A stretch of 64,000 nucleotides of DNA from Vicugna vicugna (Eukaryota). The stretch covers positions 124,001 through 188,000 of the forward strand of contig MU058198.1 in assembly GCA_013265495.1 (NCBI GenBank), in the 5' to 3' direction. Of this stretch, positions 25,101-38,215 are shown piece after piece. Position numbers and translations under genes: made by a program. The notes beneath the pieces were generated by a model. The model had not been told where the DNA came from and did no database searches. It saw nothing but the letters and a program-made list of their open reading frames with translations. How positions within the stretch are numbered: position 1 is the first letter of the stretch; each line of letters starts with the position of its first letter.

Positions 25101-28100
25101 GTTTTCTTTCCAATTAAATATGTATTAATCAATTGCACCGTACTATGTGATACAGGGGATCATTTTTGTATCTTTTTAGTCATCTAATCAGGAAAGAGTC
25201 CCATTCTATTCAGGACAGACAAAAAAATCTTGACATCTTTCCTCAAATTAATAGATATTTCCGGCAAAGTTCTGGCAAACTGCAGGAAGTCAACATAGAC
25301 TCTGTTATTAGGAAAGTGAATCTGAATTTTCAGTGTCAGAATCAAACCAGAGAGGCTGGAAATAAAGCGTTATATTTCAGAGAAGGATTCCAGGGTTCAT
25401 ATTATCAGAAATATAAACCAGGGAGGCCCTCAGAGGCTGAATAGTAAGAGTTGTAGGTTGCTTCAAAGAACTAAATATTCCAAGATGAAAGTTAAAATTC
25501 CAAACACATACACACAACCATATACACACACCTTCTAAAATCAGAAGATTAAAATACTAAAGAGAAGAATTAAATAAGAGGGAAATTTTTTAACTCAAAG
25601 AGCTTCAGTAACAAATAAAATGTTGCCAATGCTGTCAAACATGAAGGAAAAACTAATACACATCACTACAAAGTCCAAGACATTTATTAGTGAAGGCTTT
25701 TGCCTAATCAACAGAAGAAGTATCTGTGCATATGTATATACGGGTGTATGTGTGTGTATATATGTATATATAAAATCTAGTAAATACTAAGTTAAACAAT
25801 TTTTTTTTAAATCTGTGGACATATACATACAATGACCTTAGGCCACTACAGAACCTTTAATAATTTTCCTGTGGACCTGTAAGAGCACTACTGAGGTTCC
25901 TCACGATGATTAAGAAAAAAAAGGGTCATAGGAAAAAGTAGTGCCTTTCCTTATAAAGAAAGAAACAGCATTATTTAGTAAGTTTCATATCAAAAAGCAA
26001 TCTATAATTCTGATACCAGAAACTTCTCTTTTGAAAAAGGTTTTTAAGTCATAAACACGAAAAAATTTGTAAAAGATTTGTAAATAACAAACATAAGGTC
26101 CTAGACATACTACGAATAGCAACTTTAACCTCTAAAGGAATAACTTTTAACAGGAATAAAATCTTGTTTTTTCAAAAGGTATGAAGATCAATATAAAAGA
26201 AGTAACTCACTATGAAAGAAACTTGTTGATTCTGCAAAATTAGGGTTTCACTCATTCCCCAATCAGCAGGCACACAACTGGCAAAAGGGCTGTTTCCTCG
26301 GGCATTCTAATGGAATGCCCAAAAAGGTTCAATCCAGTGCTTAACTTTTTAGTGATTAGACTGTTTAAATAATATACAAATAGATACAATAGATATGGGA
26401 TAAACTGTCAATGTGTAAAGTAATTTTAAACATGTGAGCAAGGTATTTTTTCAAAATGGATAAAACCTATGACTCTTAAAGTCTTCTATGAAAGATCTGG
26501 CCACCTCAGTCCACTACAACACTGTTCCTTTGAACCTGTTCAATCAGCTTTAAGTTGCTGCCTCAGGCCGACGAGGCTGTTATACAAGGAATAGTTTCCT
26601 TCAAAGTGCCTCCTATAGTAACAGTGTGGTAAACCTTAGAGTTAACTATAAATGCAGAAACAAACCTGCAGAATTCCATTTTCATGTATTTACTTAAGAA
26701 AACACACTAGAGTGTATAGTATTTATTGATGCATTGGTAAGGAAGAAGGGATACAAAGGTAAAACCATTACACAAGATGCATACACATATAATGGTTATG
26801 TTTTACTGGGGAAGACACACACAAAAATTTCAGACAGTGGTATGTGCTACAAAGAAAGCCCACTGTGAAGTGTTATTAGAGAAGGCTGCTGCTTTTCACT
26901 GACGGGGTGGCATTTAGGCTGAGATAGCATGAAAGAACCCAGGCCAAGCACTCTGAGAAGAGCAATCTATGCAACAACAGCAAGCATACGCAAAGGCCCT
27001 AAAGTAGAAATGAGTTTTCAGAGTGCTTTAGGGCAAATACACTGAAGCAGTACAGAAAATGACTCAGGCTCATCCCTCAGGGACTTAAACTAGTTGGGGG
27101 AACCAAAAACATTGAAGATTGGAGCACAGTTAGTTTTTACTGCAGACCTGTGGCAAGATATGGAAAGGAGAGGGATCACAGAAGGCAGAGGTAGCAGGGT
27201 AGAGGTCTTAAGGGAACACAAGATTTAGACTGGGGCGAGCGCAAAAAACAGACCTAACCAACCGTAGGTGCTAGAGGTTCAAGAAAGGCCCATGAACCTG
27301 TAGCTCACAGGAATAAATTTAGTCAACCTAGCCAAACTTAGAAGAGCTCCTCTGTGTTCCAGGACTCAAAACGCCTGAAAATGTAAACAGTGGATCCACC
27401 ATATAAAACCGTTTTCACAAGGATCTTCAGATATCCCAAGTATGTTTATAGCAAAAGAGAAATAACAGAACTATGTTGAAGATGATGTTATCAATCCTTA
27501 GAGACCGTAATTTGGTATTCAAAGATTTCCTTTCTATGGTAAGTTTTAAGGCAAAATCTACCTGTACATTCTGCCAGGGGTTTTGGGTTTTGGTTTTTTT
27601 GTGGGGGAGGGCAACAGGAAGGGGAGTAATCCAACTGCAAAGTCATCATGTATCTGTATCTTGATTGGGGACAAAGTTACACAGTGTATACATTTTTCAA
27701 AAATCACCGAACTGAAGACCTATACATGCATAAGTTTTATCTTAAAAAGGTAACACAATGGAGTTCAAAAAGAATTCAACTGAGAGGAAAAGCACAATCA
27801 ACTAATACAAGATGGAGCAGATCATAAAAACATACATACACCTGAAACTAGTATGTTGTATGTCAATTATACCTCAATAAAGAAAAGAAAAACACAAATG
27901 TCACCATAAAAATTTAATGTTACCCTCTACATTTAAATAAATAAATAAAATAAAATAAGCTAGAGTACTTCATATAGGAGTTAAACCACAAGATGCCCAC
28001 AATATTCACTGTTACAGACTTTGATACGAGAGGGGATATATTTTATTCTGTAGTCCCCAAAATAAAATAGATCCTGAGAAAACTTTAAGATAGCCAAAGA

Positions 28101-31100
28101 CAGGTAACCAAAATAACAATATGAAGAAACACCAAACAAATGACAGCTTATGTGAATCCATAAAGGAAGGTCCCTTGAAAGCAGGAGCCTCAGGGATTTA
28201 TTTTAGGCGATTAGGATAGGGAAAGAAAAGTGAATAAGCAAGTGCCTATTATATGCCATGCAGCAAAAGCAGGAAATCCTAAATTTGAACGTTGTGACAG
28301 AGAATTCAGTGTTCACACAAAAATACCACTAGCAATCACACTCCATTTTATGGGTATGATCATTCCATATAATTTAAGTGTACTAACCTGAATTTAATTG
28401 TGAGCAGACAAAAAGTATCACTTTAGTGATTATCCGCAAGCAACACCAAAAAACAAATGAGGGGCTTTTGCTTATGGAAATTCTACATATTGAGCTGAAT
28501 ATTTTTGTCTGAATTTAAGCCAAAAATTATAAACAGAATATTCAGGTCCTCAAGTCTCTTGTCTACACTGTTCCAGCTGCCTCCTAGTGTGGTTACATAG
28601 GCACACACACATACACACACACCCCAACTAATTATAATCTTCCTCAATTATGTCACTTTCATGCTGGTAAAACTTCAATGGTTCCCTAAAGTCATTCCAA
28701 AGACACCTACACACTGATTCAAGACCTACAACACAGCCCTACTCCAGCTCTTGAGCTTCATCTCCTTTTTGTATCTGTCCTTCTAACCAAATTGGGAATT
28801 TTTTTTTACCAACCACAACCTGCACTTTGCCATCTCCCTACTTTCTTCTATTTTTTGAGAGATTCCCCCCAAATTTACTGCCAAAATAGTACGGATCAAT
28901 TTCATGACTCCACTGGCCCCTACTCAACTGTATAGCTTTCCTTCCTGATTCTCCAAGTTTTAAACTCTGCTAATCACAAATATAAAATATAAAAATAATT
29001 ATATCAAGAATTTTATCACAATTAATACCCATATAGTGTTTTGCCTTTTACAAAGCCCTTTCTTATCTCCTGTATTAACCACTAACCACCTTAAAGACAG
29101 TGATTCTACTAGTCATAAAAATCCTTACAGCATCACTATTTCTTGAATTACAATATTTTCATTTAATTAGAATATTTCATAATCTTGTTATTAAAAAAGT
29201 CTTCAGTTATACACCCAACTTAGAAAGGATCCAAAAGGGAAGGGGGGAAAAGGTTCAATTTAAAGATACTACTGACAAATGTTTCATAAGGAATATACTT
29301 TATTCTGTAATGGGGAAAAAAAACTTTGTCCCAAAATTCAACACCCATACACAATTATCTGAAACTCAGTATACTTGGAAATCTGTGGTAGAGAACTGGC
29401 AAACACTAAATTCTATTTAACTAAAGCCCTATTTATAGTTAATAAAATATGTAACTCTACTTAATTTATCCTTTGTGTATTTCACTATGCTATGTACTTA
29501 TGGACATCAGACAGTATAGATTCATAAAAGGCTGAACAGACAACTCTGGTTTCAAAAATCCAGCTTCTCACATTGTCAGAATACTAGTGTCTGGCTTTTC
29601 TATCTTCACAGCACCATTTCTTCCCCATCTTCTAGTCTGTGATGGAGAATGAAGGTATTTGTATTTGTGAGAACTTTAATCTGTCTACATTTTAACCAAA
29701 AGTGGAAGCTATTTTTAATATACAGTTTCATCCTTTTAGAATTGTAAAAAGAACCTAAGTTTGGGCACAGTAAGACATCCAATATGTATCTGTTAAATGA
29801 ATAAATCTTAAGATTCCCAAGTAAAGAAGTAAAATCTGTTTTCTGTTGACTCAAATGCTTCCTCTTATTTGTTGAACTAATCTATACTTAACTCCAATGT
29901 CAAATTAATCATGTCACTTTGCAGTATTAAAATGAACAATATAACTAATTATACATATAATTTTAAAACAAATCATTCTTATCTCTATCTTGACCGGTGC
30001 CCCTAGAAGATTACTTCCCAAAATAAAGTCAAGAAAAGGACAGAATGGCTAGTGGCAATAAAAAACTACTCATTTGCCTAATCATTTTTAAATGTTAACA
30101 GAGAATACTAAAATGTTAACGGATAAAACTAAAAGAAAGAAAACTAAAAGGAGAAAACTAAAAGGAAGACTGTAAGCCAGTGCTATATAAATAGTTTCTG
30201 CTAGAGGTATGCTTTTAGCAAAGGTGGGCTTCCTCTGTTGCCATATGACACTAATCTATTCAGCCACGTGGAACACTTCCTGTCAATATGTGAAGTATCA
30301 TGAGTGGCCATGATTGATCCAACAGTCAGTTTCCAGACTAACTGACAAACTAACACTAAAAGAAATGGACAAGAATTACTTTTTTAAGTCCTACTTTTTA
30401 CAAAGCATTAAGTCTACAAAAATAGAACCAAAAAAACCAGAGAAGGAATGGTACAGAAAGGCAAATAATTTTTTTAAACCAAAATGATTCAAATGAACCA
30501 TAAGGAATCCGCCTGCATTTGAAGACATTTAGAAAAATAAACCCCCATTTTAGCAAGGGGAAAAATCCAGCTCCATTCTGTCAGTTAACTGGAGTCTGTC
30601 ACCTTTCTGAAGTGAATAGGGGCCAGAATAACAACCTCAAATTTAATTCATGAAAATGTATGACTTGGCAAACACTTGCGGTTTTTTATTGGCTTTTTAA
30701 CAAAACAACTAGGCAATCGTGTGAAGAAATCATGTTTTGCTATGACATGTTATCCATACTTCTCTGTTCCCTCCTCTACAAAACAGTCAAGTATTTCCAA
30801 CATCCTAATCAACTGTTACTCCATGTAACCAAGTGCATCTCACAGTATCTGTCTACTTAGGCATTAAGTTCTGAGACTTTGTTACAGAACACAGCTTCAA
30901 AGAATGCATTCATCCTCCCCCACACACAGGTAAGAAATAAAGTACATGAAAAAAAGAAAACATAGATAATATTAGTAATCCATACACATATTCCTTATCT
31001 ATATAAGGCATTCTGCTTCATACCAGTCAAAAGCAGCCAGGTGCTCTCAACCCATGGCTGCAACTGTACGACTTCATTTATTTAGAACCACAAGCTACAA

Positions 31101-32734
31101 TTTATTCTTTTCCAAAAGCTCTAGGATTATCTGTGAAGGGCATTTCATTTAGTCCTCTAAACGGATACTACGTACATTCTTTCAATGTTGACCACAATAC
31201 TGAAAAATAATGTACAATCCACTGTCAAAAAGCTCTCAAATGCCAAATCCAAGCTCCTTTATCACTTAATTCATTAGATGCAAAAAAAAAATCACATATT
31301 ACAACATATGTACTTTTGTACAACTAAGAATGCCAATTACAGATAAAAATACAAAAACTAGTCAACTGATTTTATTTAAAGCACTTACAAACCCTAAGTG
31401 GTAAAGGAAAAAGCTGCTAAGCAAAGTAAAACTATGCTTTTCGAATAATTTTTTTAAAATGACTTACCATCTCAATTCCAGACTCAGGCATTAACTTTTA
31501 AAGTCATCTAGGTCTACATCAGTTCTCAACAGACATAGCATTTGGGAAGACATGTTAAATAGAGTAAGAGGTGTACCAACCATCATTCAAAAGATTATTC
31601 TGATTTTTCTACCAAGTCTTACAGTGTTAACATTCCAACATCATACCAATTTCCAAACACTACTGGAATTACATGTAACCACCAGGAAGCAAAAGTCATC
31701 CCAACAACGTGTGTGTCTCACACTTACTTGGCCAGTTTCTGGACAATCTTAATACAAGTGTTTCAACATACGAAAGCTCCATGAATCAACTAACCCTAAA
31801 ATATTATATACATTTAGGGAGTTCTTCTAGGTATTGGCCTAAGTTCCAAAATAGTCTGAGTATTACAAGTACTCATTCAGTAAGAGAGGTAAGAATAAAT
31901 CAGTCCCAAGTTAGGTACAAGTGCCCCATGATTAATCAGAAAGACACGAAAATTAAATTTTTTTTAAAAAGTCGAAACTCCTAATATATTCATAGTCAAC
32001 TAGGTCCCAAATCTGTCACAAGTTAAATCAAATTCTCTACTCCCTAAGTGAGTGCTCGCTCAAGTGTTCAGGTAAGAACTGATCTCCACCAGAGTAACTG
32101 CCCCTACACTTGGGGAAAACTTCAAATTCCAGAACTAGAGTGGGTCGGCCTCATTAATCCGGCCACAGTCTCATTTCATGGCCCACAACTGCCCTGCCTA
32201 AAGTCAGAGTAAGGCCTTGGAGTGTTTGGGGTTTTTTTGGCTTTTTGTTTTTTAATATTAACACGTGGGGGTCACCGAAGGGATTACTGTTTAGGAGGTC
32301 TTTCACGTGGGGGCTGAGTAAGGGACCAGGGAAGTGAATGGGTAACCGAAAGGGTCCCGTACTTCCAAGATCCCCCAACCCAAATCTCAAGTTGAAGGGA
32401 AGGTGGCAAGTAAAAAGTGCCCCCATCACCAGGTTCCCTTCCTTAACCTTCCTTGACCCAGCTCCTAGGCCACTGCCTCCTCCCGGAGCCCCTGGGTCTC
32501 GGCTCCAGCCCCGAGGCTAAAATGCAGGGAGAGGGGAGGCATTTAGGCCTCGCCTCCCAGCGGCCTTCTTCCCCCAGCCTGGGCGGGAGGGGACCCAGGA
32601 AGCCGCGCCCGGTTCCCGGGGGGTGGGGGGGTGGACAGCCTAGGCCGCGCCTCCCAGCCCGGCGGCCCTAGGCCTCGGCCCGCCCGAGGCGGGGCCCGGG
32701 GTCGGGGCGGCGGGCTGGGCGCCGGCTCACCCAC

Positions 32735-32823
32735 CTGGGTTGCCAGTCATTCCAGCTCCGCGGGTACTTGGTGCCGCCGCCGCCGCCGCTGCTCAGCCGA
32801 GACCCCGGGGCTCTGCGGCTCAT
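32735..32823 (-). CDS. SMG1: SMG1 coding exon 1 (MSRRAPGSRLSSGGGGGTKYPRSWNDWQP+AG, 89 nt)
   Basis: ATG at 32823-32821; translation matches the recalled mammalian SMG1 N-terminus; donor CAG|GTGGGT at 32734; phase 2 fits exon 2. Confidence 0.95.
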
Positions 32824-33182
32824 TACCTTCCCCGACACGACATGGCCAAGCGCCGCCGCCCGAAGAAGCGCGAGTCGCCGCCCGAACCGGCCGCAGCCGA
32901 CACTCTGCTCCGGCCCGGGGCTGAGGAGGAAGCCGAGGAGGAGGAGGAGGCGGCGGAGGGCGGGGGAGGTGGACGGCCGTTCCGGGTTCCGCCTGAGCCC
33001 GCAGCGCAGGACGAGGAGGCGGAGGAAGGGGAGGCGACGTCTCTTCCAGGGCCGTGCGCGGCCCGCAACGCCGGGGCCCAGGAGGAGGAGGAGGACAGCG
33101 AGGAGGAGGCGGTGGCAGCGGTTCCTCACGCTTACACAGCCACGGCTTCCCCGCCTCCCGGCTCCGCCCGCTGCGCCGCTGC

Positions 33183-33200
33183 CGCACGGCATGCTGGGAA
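33183..33200 (-). promoter_or_regulatory. ZNF143/Staf binding site
   Basis: TTCCCAGCATGCCGTGCG closely fits the Staf consensus YYCCCANNATGCMYYRCR, next to the GC boxes. Confidence 0.7.
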
Positions 33201-36200
33201 CGAGGGGCGGTGCCGGCGCCCGCCAGGCCAGAGGAGAGGGGCGGGGCCGGACCCCAGGGGCGGGGCCTGAGGGCGGGGCCGAGCGCGGCAGGCAGACCGC
33301 CCCTCCGCGTTAAGGGCTCGCCTCCACTCTCTGCGAATCGCGCCGAGGTGCGGGCCCCGCCGCGACGAATCACGGGAGAGGGGATCTCCGCCCCCACCCC
33401 CATACGCACACGCCCCCACCCCCATACGCACACCCTCCCACACACGCCCGGGAAAGCACCTGACCCCCGAGGGCCGGGCAGTCAGGTGTAAACTGGCATC
33501 CAATCAAGAACCTGGGGTGCGCTTGTGGTCGCGCGTGCGCGTGTGCGCTCGCACACAGGAGTGCCCTTAGGTTCACGTGCGTCCACCTTCCACACCTTCT
33601 ACGGTGAAAAGTGAAAATAACAGAGAGGGGGTGGATACCCATCTGCCCTGTCCCCACCTGAAAAGTGCCCACGGAGTCCTGACACCACCATTTCTTCACA
33701 TTGCAAAAAACGACTAAATAGAGGAAGAAAGTGGAGTACTCAACGACCACCAACGCCTGTACCCCGCAACCTGAAATTTCCTTTAAATCCTCTCATCCCA
33801 ACACCTACCTTCCCCTCCAAAAAGGGAGAGGGAGGAGTGGGCAAACCTGACCACTCTCACCCTGACCCCGGAGAGTTCACCACCCCAAAAGACTTCACTA
33901 AAGCCTCTGATACATAATGCCGATGCCATACATAAAGAGAATAGGTCAGCAAGATTGCACATCAAACAAGTAACACAAGTAACCTTTAGGGGAGGGGATA
34001 GTCAAAAGGGTCTTAACCTTTATGTGCACCAAGGGTCTTAACCTGTTTTATGTTGTAAGGAGGAAGTCTTTATATATGTTGCTTGTGTAACTAAAAATTG
34101 TTACCAAAAGTACTTGCGACTATGAGGTGTTCCACACATCCCCCCTTAGACCCTGGGCTGTTTGCTGATGCCCACCAACTCCCCACTAAGTTATGATCCT
34201 GACAGTTTTAAAGGAAAGTTAGATTTTCAAGTGAACTTTTCTCCCCTTCCCCAACTCCACCCATTCAGAGGAAAAGAAACTCTTTCTCTGAACTGGGGCT
34301 ATTTGACTCAACAGAGAAAGTCCCAGTATATCAGACCCAAGCATGGTCACCCACATGTGTAAAAAAAAATGTTCATAAAATACCTGAGTGAAGAGGAATA
34401 TATGCTGCAGGTACACACTCCAACCTGAAATTTGCCCTAGGTTCCCCACACTTGCTGGTGATAAAGGGTCCCATCAGTTGTAAAAGCAGCTCTATGAGAG
34501 ATGCCCTTTCTTCCCTAGTCTCCTATGAAGAGAAAAAGTCCCTTTTGAATGGAGTCCCAAGATTAGGGTCCCCTCACTCAGGATGGTTCTCTCTGGGGAA
34601 CTGTTAATCCTGCCACAAGGTATTTTGGTTTATTTGTAGTTAATGTCTAGTTACATAAACAACAGTGAATACGTTGTCCTCATGTATGTTTTTAATGTAC
34701 ACCCTAATCATGATTTACTCTTTCATTCTACATTCAGGAAAATTTTTTGAGCATCTATTAGCTAAGCCCTGGGGACAGGGACAGTGATCCAGACTCAATC
34801 CCTGTCCTCAAGAACTCTGGGAGCACAGATCAAACAGATAGCTCTCTTATTGGAAATGACTGAAATATTTATATTTGTTCAATTTCCCCTCTCTCCACCA
34901 TGTTGCCAGCCTGTGTCATGATCTGACTAAAAAGGCCCCCTCTCCCAAAGCCTTTTTTTTTTTTTTTTTTGTAATTTTTGACCTTTCTTGGACCCGTTTT
35001 TCTCAGATCCTTTTCTTTTTGTGCTCCGAGTGATTTGATGCTTTCTTCCACTTTGGGACTCTGAGACTCATGAGCAAATGGCTGATTTTATGGCCAATTA
35101 ATCATTTTGACTTCCTTCAACACTTGATTGCAACAATGGTGCAGTGACCAAATTATGTCAGTTGTTCAGATTCCAAAATGACTTGCAGCAGGGTAACTAG
35201 AACTTAGACCCCTGAGAAAAATGTCAGGAGTCCTTTAACCTTTGCAAATTGCAGAACAATAGCAGAGTGAGTCAAGGAAGGGTTCTGTATTTAAATTCCA
35301 ACTCCTCCACTTGAAAGCTGAGGGAGCGTCAGCAAAGCCCCTGACTCTCACAGTGCCTCAGTTTCTCATCTGTAAAATGGAAGTGATAGTACTAATACTA
35401 ACCTCTTGAGGCTGTTGAGAGGAATAATAGAGATCTTGCGTATAAAGTGCTTTTTTACAGGACCTGCCACATGGTAAGCAATCGAAAAATGTTAGCTGAA
35501 AAACAGATCTACAACTTCTCTGAAGAAAATGGCTATTTGGATAATATTTGACCCATGAAGAAGGAGGGGAAAAAAAGGAGCTGGCAGGGGTTGTGCCCAG
35601 TGGCTCAAATAATTGCTTCTTCGTTATTGTTTTTTGTACTTCTTTCATAGAAATAATTAACCCTCAAAAACAGTGTTGTCCCTGGGAAGGTGTGAGGACA
35701 CAAGTGGGTGTGTCATTGGCAGCATCTTCCTGGAAAGGAATTTTAAAGTGTGTGTCCAAAAACATAAAATTAATACCATTTCCCCCAGTAATTCCTCTTC
35801 TGGGAATCTGTCCTAAGGAAATTTGCCACACTACAGACAAAGTGATTTTCTTAAAATAAAAATCACATCATGTGACCATCCTACTTAAAACCCATCAATG
35901 ACTTCCCATTCTTAGGATAAATCCAGACTCATCATTACTAAGAGCCTGTAAAAATCTGGTTTCTCCTACATTGCAAACCTCCCACAGCAGCTTATACCCA
36001 AAACAGGATTCTAACAATGGTTCTAAATTTTGTCTTCATAGTAAAATCCTCTCACCTAGGCTGTACCCCAATTGACTCAGGAACTCTGTGAGCCCAGCCA
36101 TCAGTACTTTTAAGACTTTCTCAGAGGATTCTAATGTGCCACCAAGATTGAGAAACACCACTTTTGAGCCCCTAAGCACTGAAAAAGTTATTGGGGACCC

Positions 36201-36518
36201 CACCCCAAGCTTACCTCTCAATGTATGTGGGTTATGAAGACAATTCTAAACCACTGGGAAAAAAGGAGTTAAAAGCCCATTTTTCCCCCATTGGCAACTA
36301 CTTGGATACTTAAAATATATATATACATCAAACATGATCAATGATCAAAACTTTCCAGAATTTTTTCTCATTTCTTTTGGTGATTCTGCTTTACCGGTTC
36401 CATGCCAATCAGAGAGACAGAATTTCTGTTCCTGAGACACACTGAGCCTCTCCAGACCCTGGGCTCTTGCACTTGCTGTTCCCTCTGCTGGGAATGCCTT
36501 TCCTACGTTTGTTCCCAT

Positions 36519-36692
36519 CAGGGTTGGGACTGGGATTGAAAGAGCAGAGTACCTCTGGTACCAAATTCAAGGAGGCACTCACTCTTGAGGTCGGTCAAGT
36601 GCCAACCCTGCAAATGCATAGGCCTGCGAGTGAGTGCCTCTTTACATGAGGGCCCTGAGGCACCCATTTGTCTTACCCTAGTCCTGGCCCTG
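36519..36692. mobile_element. MER91-like hAT MITE inside an L2 remnant
   Basis: TIRs CAGGGTTGGGACT / AGTCCTGGCCCTG, internal palindrome GAGGCACTCACTC / GAGTGAGTGCCTC, imperfect 8-bp TSD. Confidence 0.7.
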
Positions 36693-38067
36693 TTTTCCAT
36701 GGCTTATGTCAAGTCTTCTGAGAGGTCTTCCTCAACCTCCTTGCCCCAAAAAGCTGTCCAATGCTGTCACACACCCTACTTCTTTCCTTGGTAACACCCA
36801 TCACCATCTCCAAGTATTGGGTTACTTTGCATATTTATTATCTGTCTCACCCTTAGGATATGAGCTCTGTCAGATTCAAGTCCACAGCTGTCCCACCTCT
36901 AGGCCCTCAATCCCCTGCACACAGCACAGCGCCCGACCCAGAGTAAGCACTCAAAAAACAGTTGTTAATGGAAGGGATGAAATAGAAATCAACTAAAATA
37001 TGGACCAAGGTTGATATAAAAATGTGGGTCTCAGTTTTACATATTAGTAGCCAAAAAAAAAAAAAAAAGCATTATCTCAAAGCGCAACAATAGAAACCTG
37101 ATTAGGAAACAGTACTTTTGTACTTGGAATTTTCTGCAGATTACTAAACATTATAGTTAAGAGGAATTTTTAATGGAAGCAGGAAAATATTCTGTTTACA
37201 TGTTTTAAAAAAAGAATGAGATTGAAATGTGAACATGTGCTATGACCTCAGCTCTGTTAAAAAAGGGAGGGGGAGGTTTCATAGAAAAAAGATTAGAAGA
37301 AATTGTATTAAATTCACCTAATATTGATGTTCTGTGATAAGCGGGATTATGGGTGATATTTCCACCCTGCTTTTTGCTAGTTTTTGAATTAAAAAGTAGC
37401 AGTAGTATTTGAAAGCACAATTTAAAAGAACTAAGAGAAAGCATTCAATAAATATGTGTCGAATGAATGAATAGTAGAAGCAGTACTCTTATGTGGCAGT
37501 GACCCACAGAGACCAATTAAATAAAGTTTGGCCAAGGCACAGAGTCTTAGCTCTAATAGTGGTGACCAACTCTAGCTAATATTTATTGAGCATTTACTAA
37601 TGCCTAATTTACCAATTTACTTCAAGGAATTCTCCAAAATCACGCTATGAGGTAGGTGTCTCTGATGCCAAGAGAAACTGAGCAGACTGTCCAAAATTGC
37701 CCAGCTGGTAGCAGGCAGGGACTGTCACAGGCAGGGACAGAAGGGACATTTGGTCCCGATTTCACATTCGTCAAGGCCTCAGATTAGACCTTTGACGTTA
37801 TTGCCTAACGAGGTTATACACAGAGTCCCAGAGACACACTGACAGGAAAGATGCCCAGATTTTAAAAATAGTGTCCCCTTCCCAGTGCACACACCTTGGG
37901 GGGCTTTGCATTTACCCTTAATAATACATTATATTATTCACCTGATGAGTAGGTAATTCTATTGCATTGCAGTTTTTTTCCCTCTTAAAATACACCAAAA
38001 ATTTTGTGCTCTGTTTGCCATTTCTTAAATTTTTAATACACTCAGAAACTCAAAAACTATAAGTTGC

Positions 38068-38215
38068 GGGGAGGGTACAGGTCAAGTGGTAGAGCTTATG
38101 CTTAGAATGCATGAAATCTTGGGTTCAATCCCCAGTACCTCCTCTAAAAATAAATAAACAAATAAACATACCTAATCATCTTCCCCCCAAAAAACCCAAC
38201 TTTAAAAAAATCCCA
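38068..38215 (+). mobile_element. tRNA-derived SINE (vic-1-like)
   Basis: Same head, tail with CCTAATCATCTTCCCCCC, ~15-bp imperfect TSD ending TAAGTTG. Confidence 0.85.

Larger units (their letters stand above)
32440..33600. promoter_or_regulatory. CpG island / SMG1 promoter and 5' UTR
   Basis: Very GC- and CpG-rich block around exon 1; GC boxes at 33238-33248, 33257-33267 and 33270-33280; CCAAT 33500-33504; NRF1-like GCGCGTGCGC 33531-33540; E-box 33574-33579; no TATA box seen. Confidence 0.9.

Noticed and set aside
26300..26320. Hairpin GGGCATTC-TAATG-GAATGCCC
   Set aside because: An 8-bp stem is expected by chance in 64 kb; no pre-miRNA-length extension seen.
31461..31540. Consensus donor ATG|GTAAGT in intron 1
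   Set aside because: No convincing pyrimidine tract and acceptor upstream to define an exon.
32631..33753. Many overlapping long ORFs on both strands, such as the Glu/Ala-rich 176-aa ORF at 32740-33270 (+)
   Set aside because: Expected from stop-codon depletion and GAG/GCC repeats in a CpG island; no recognisable protein apart from SMG1 exon 1.
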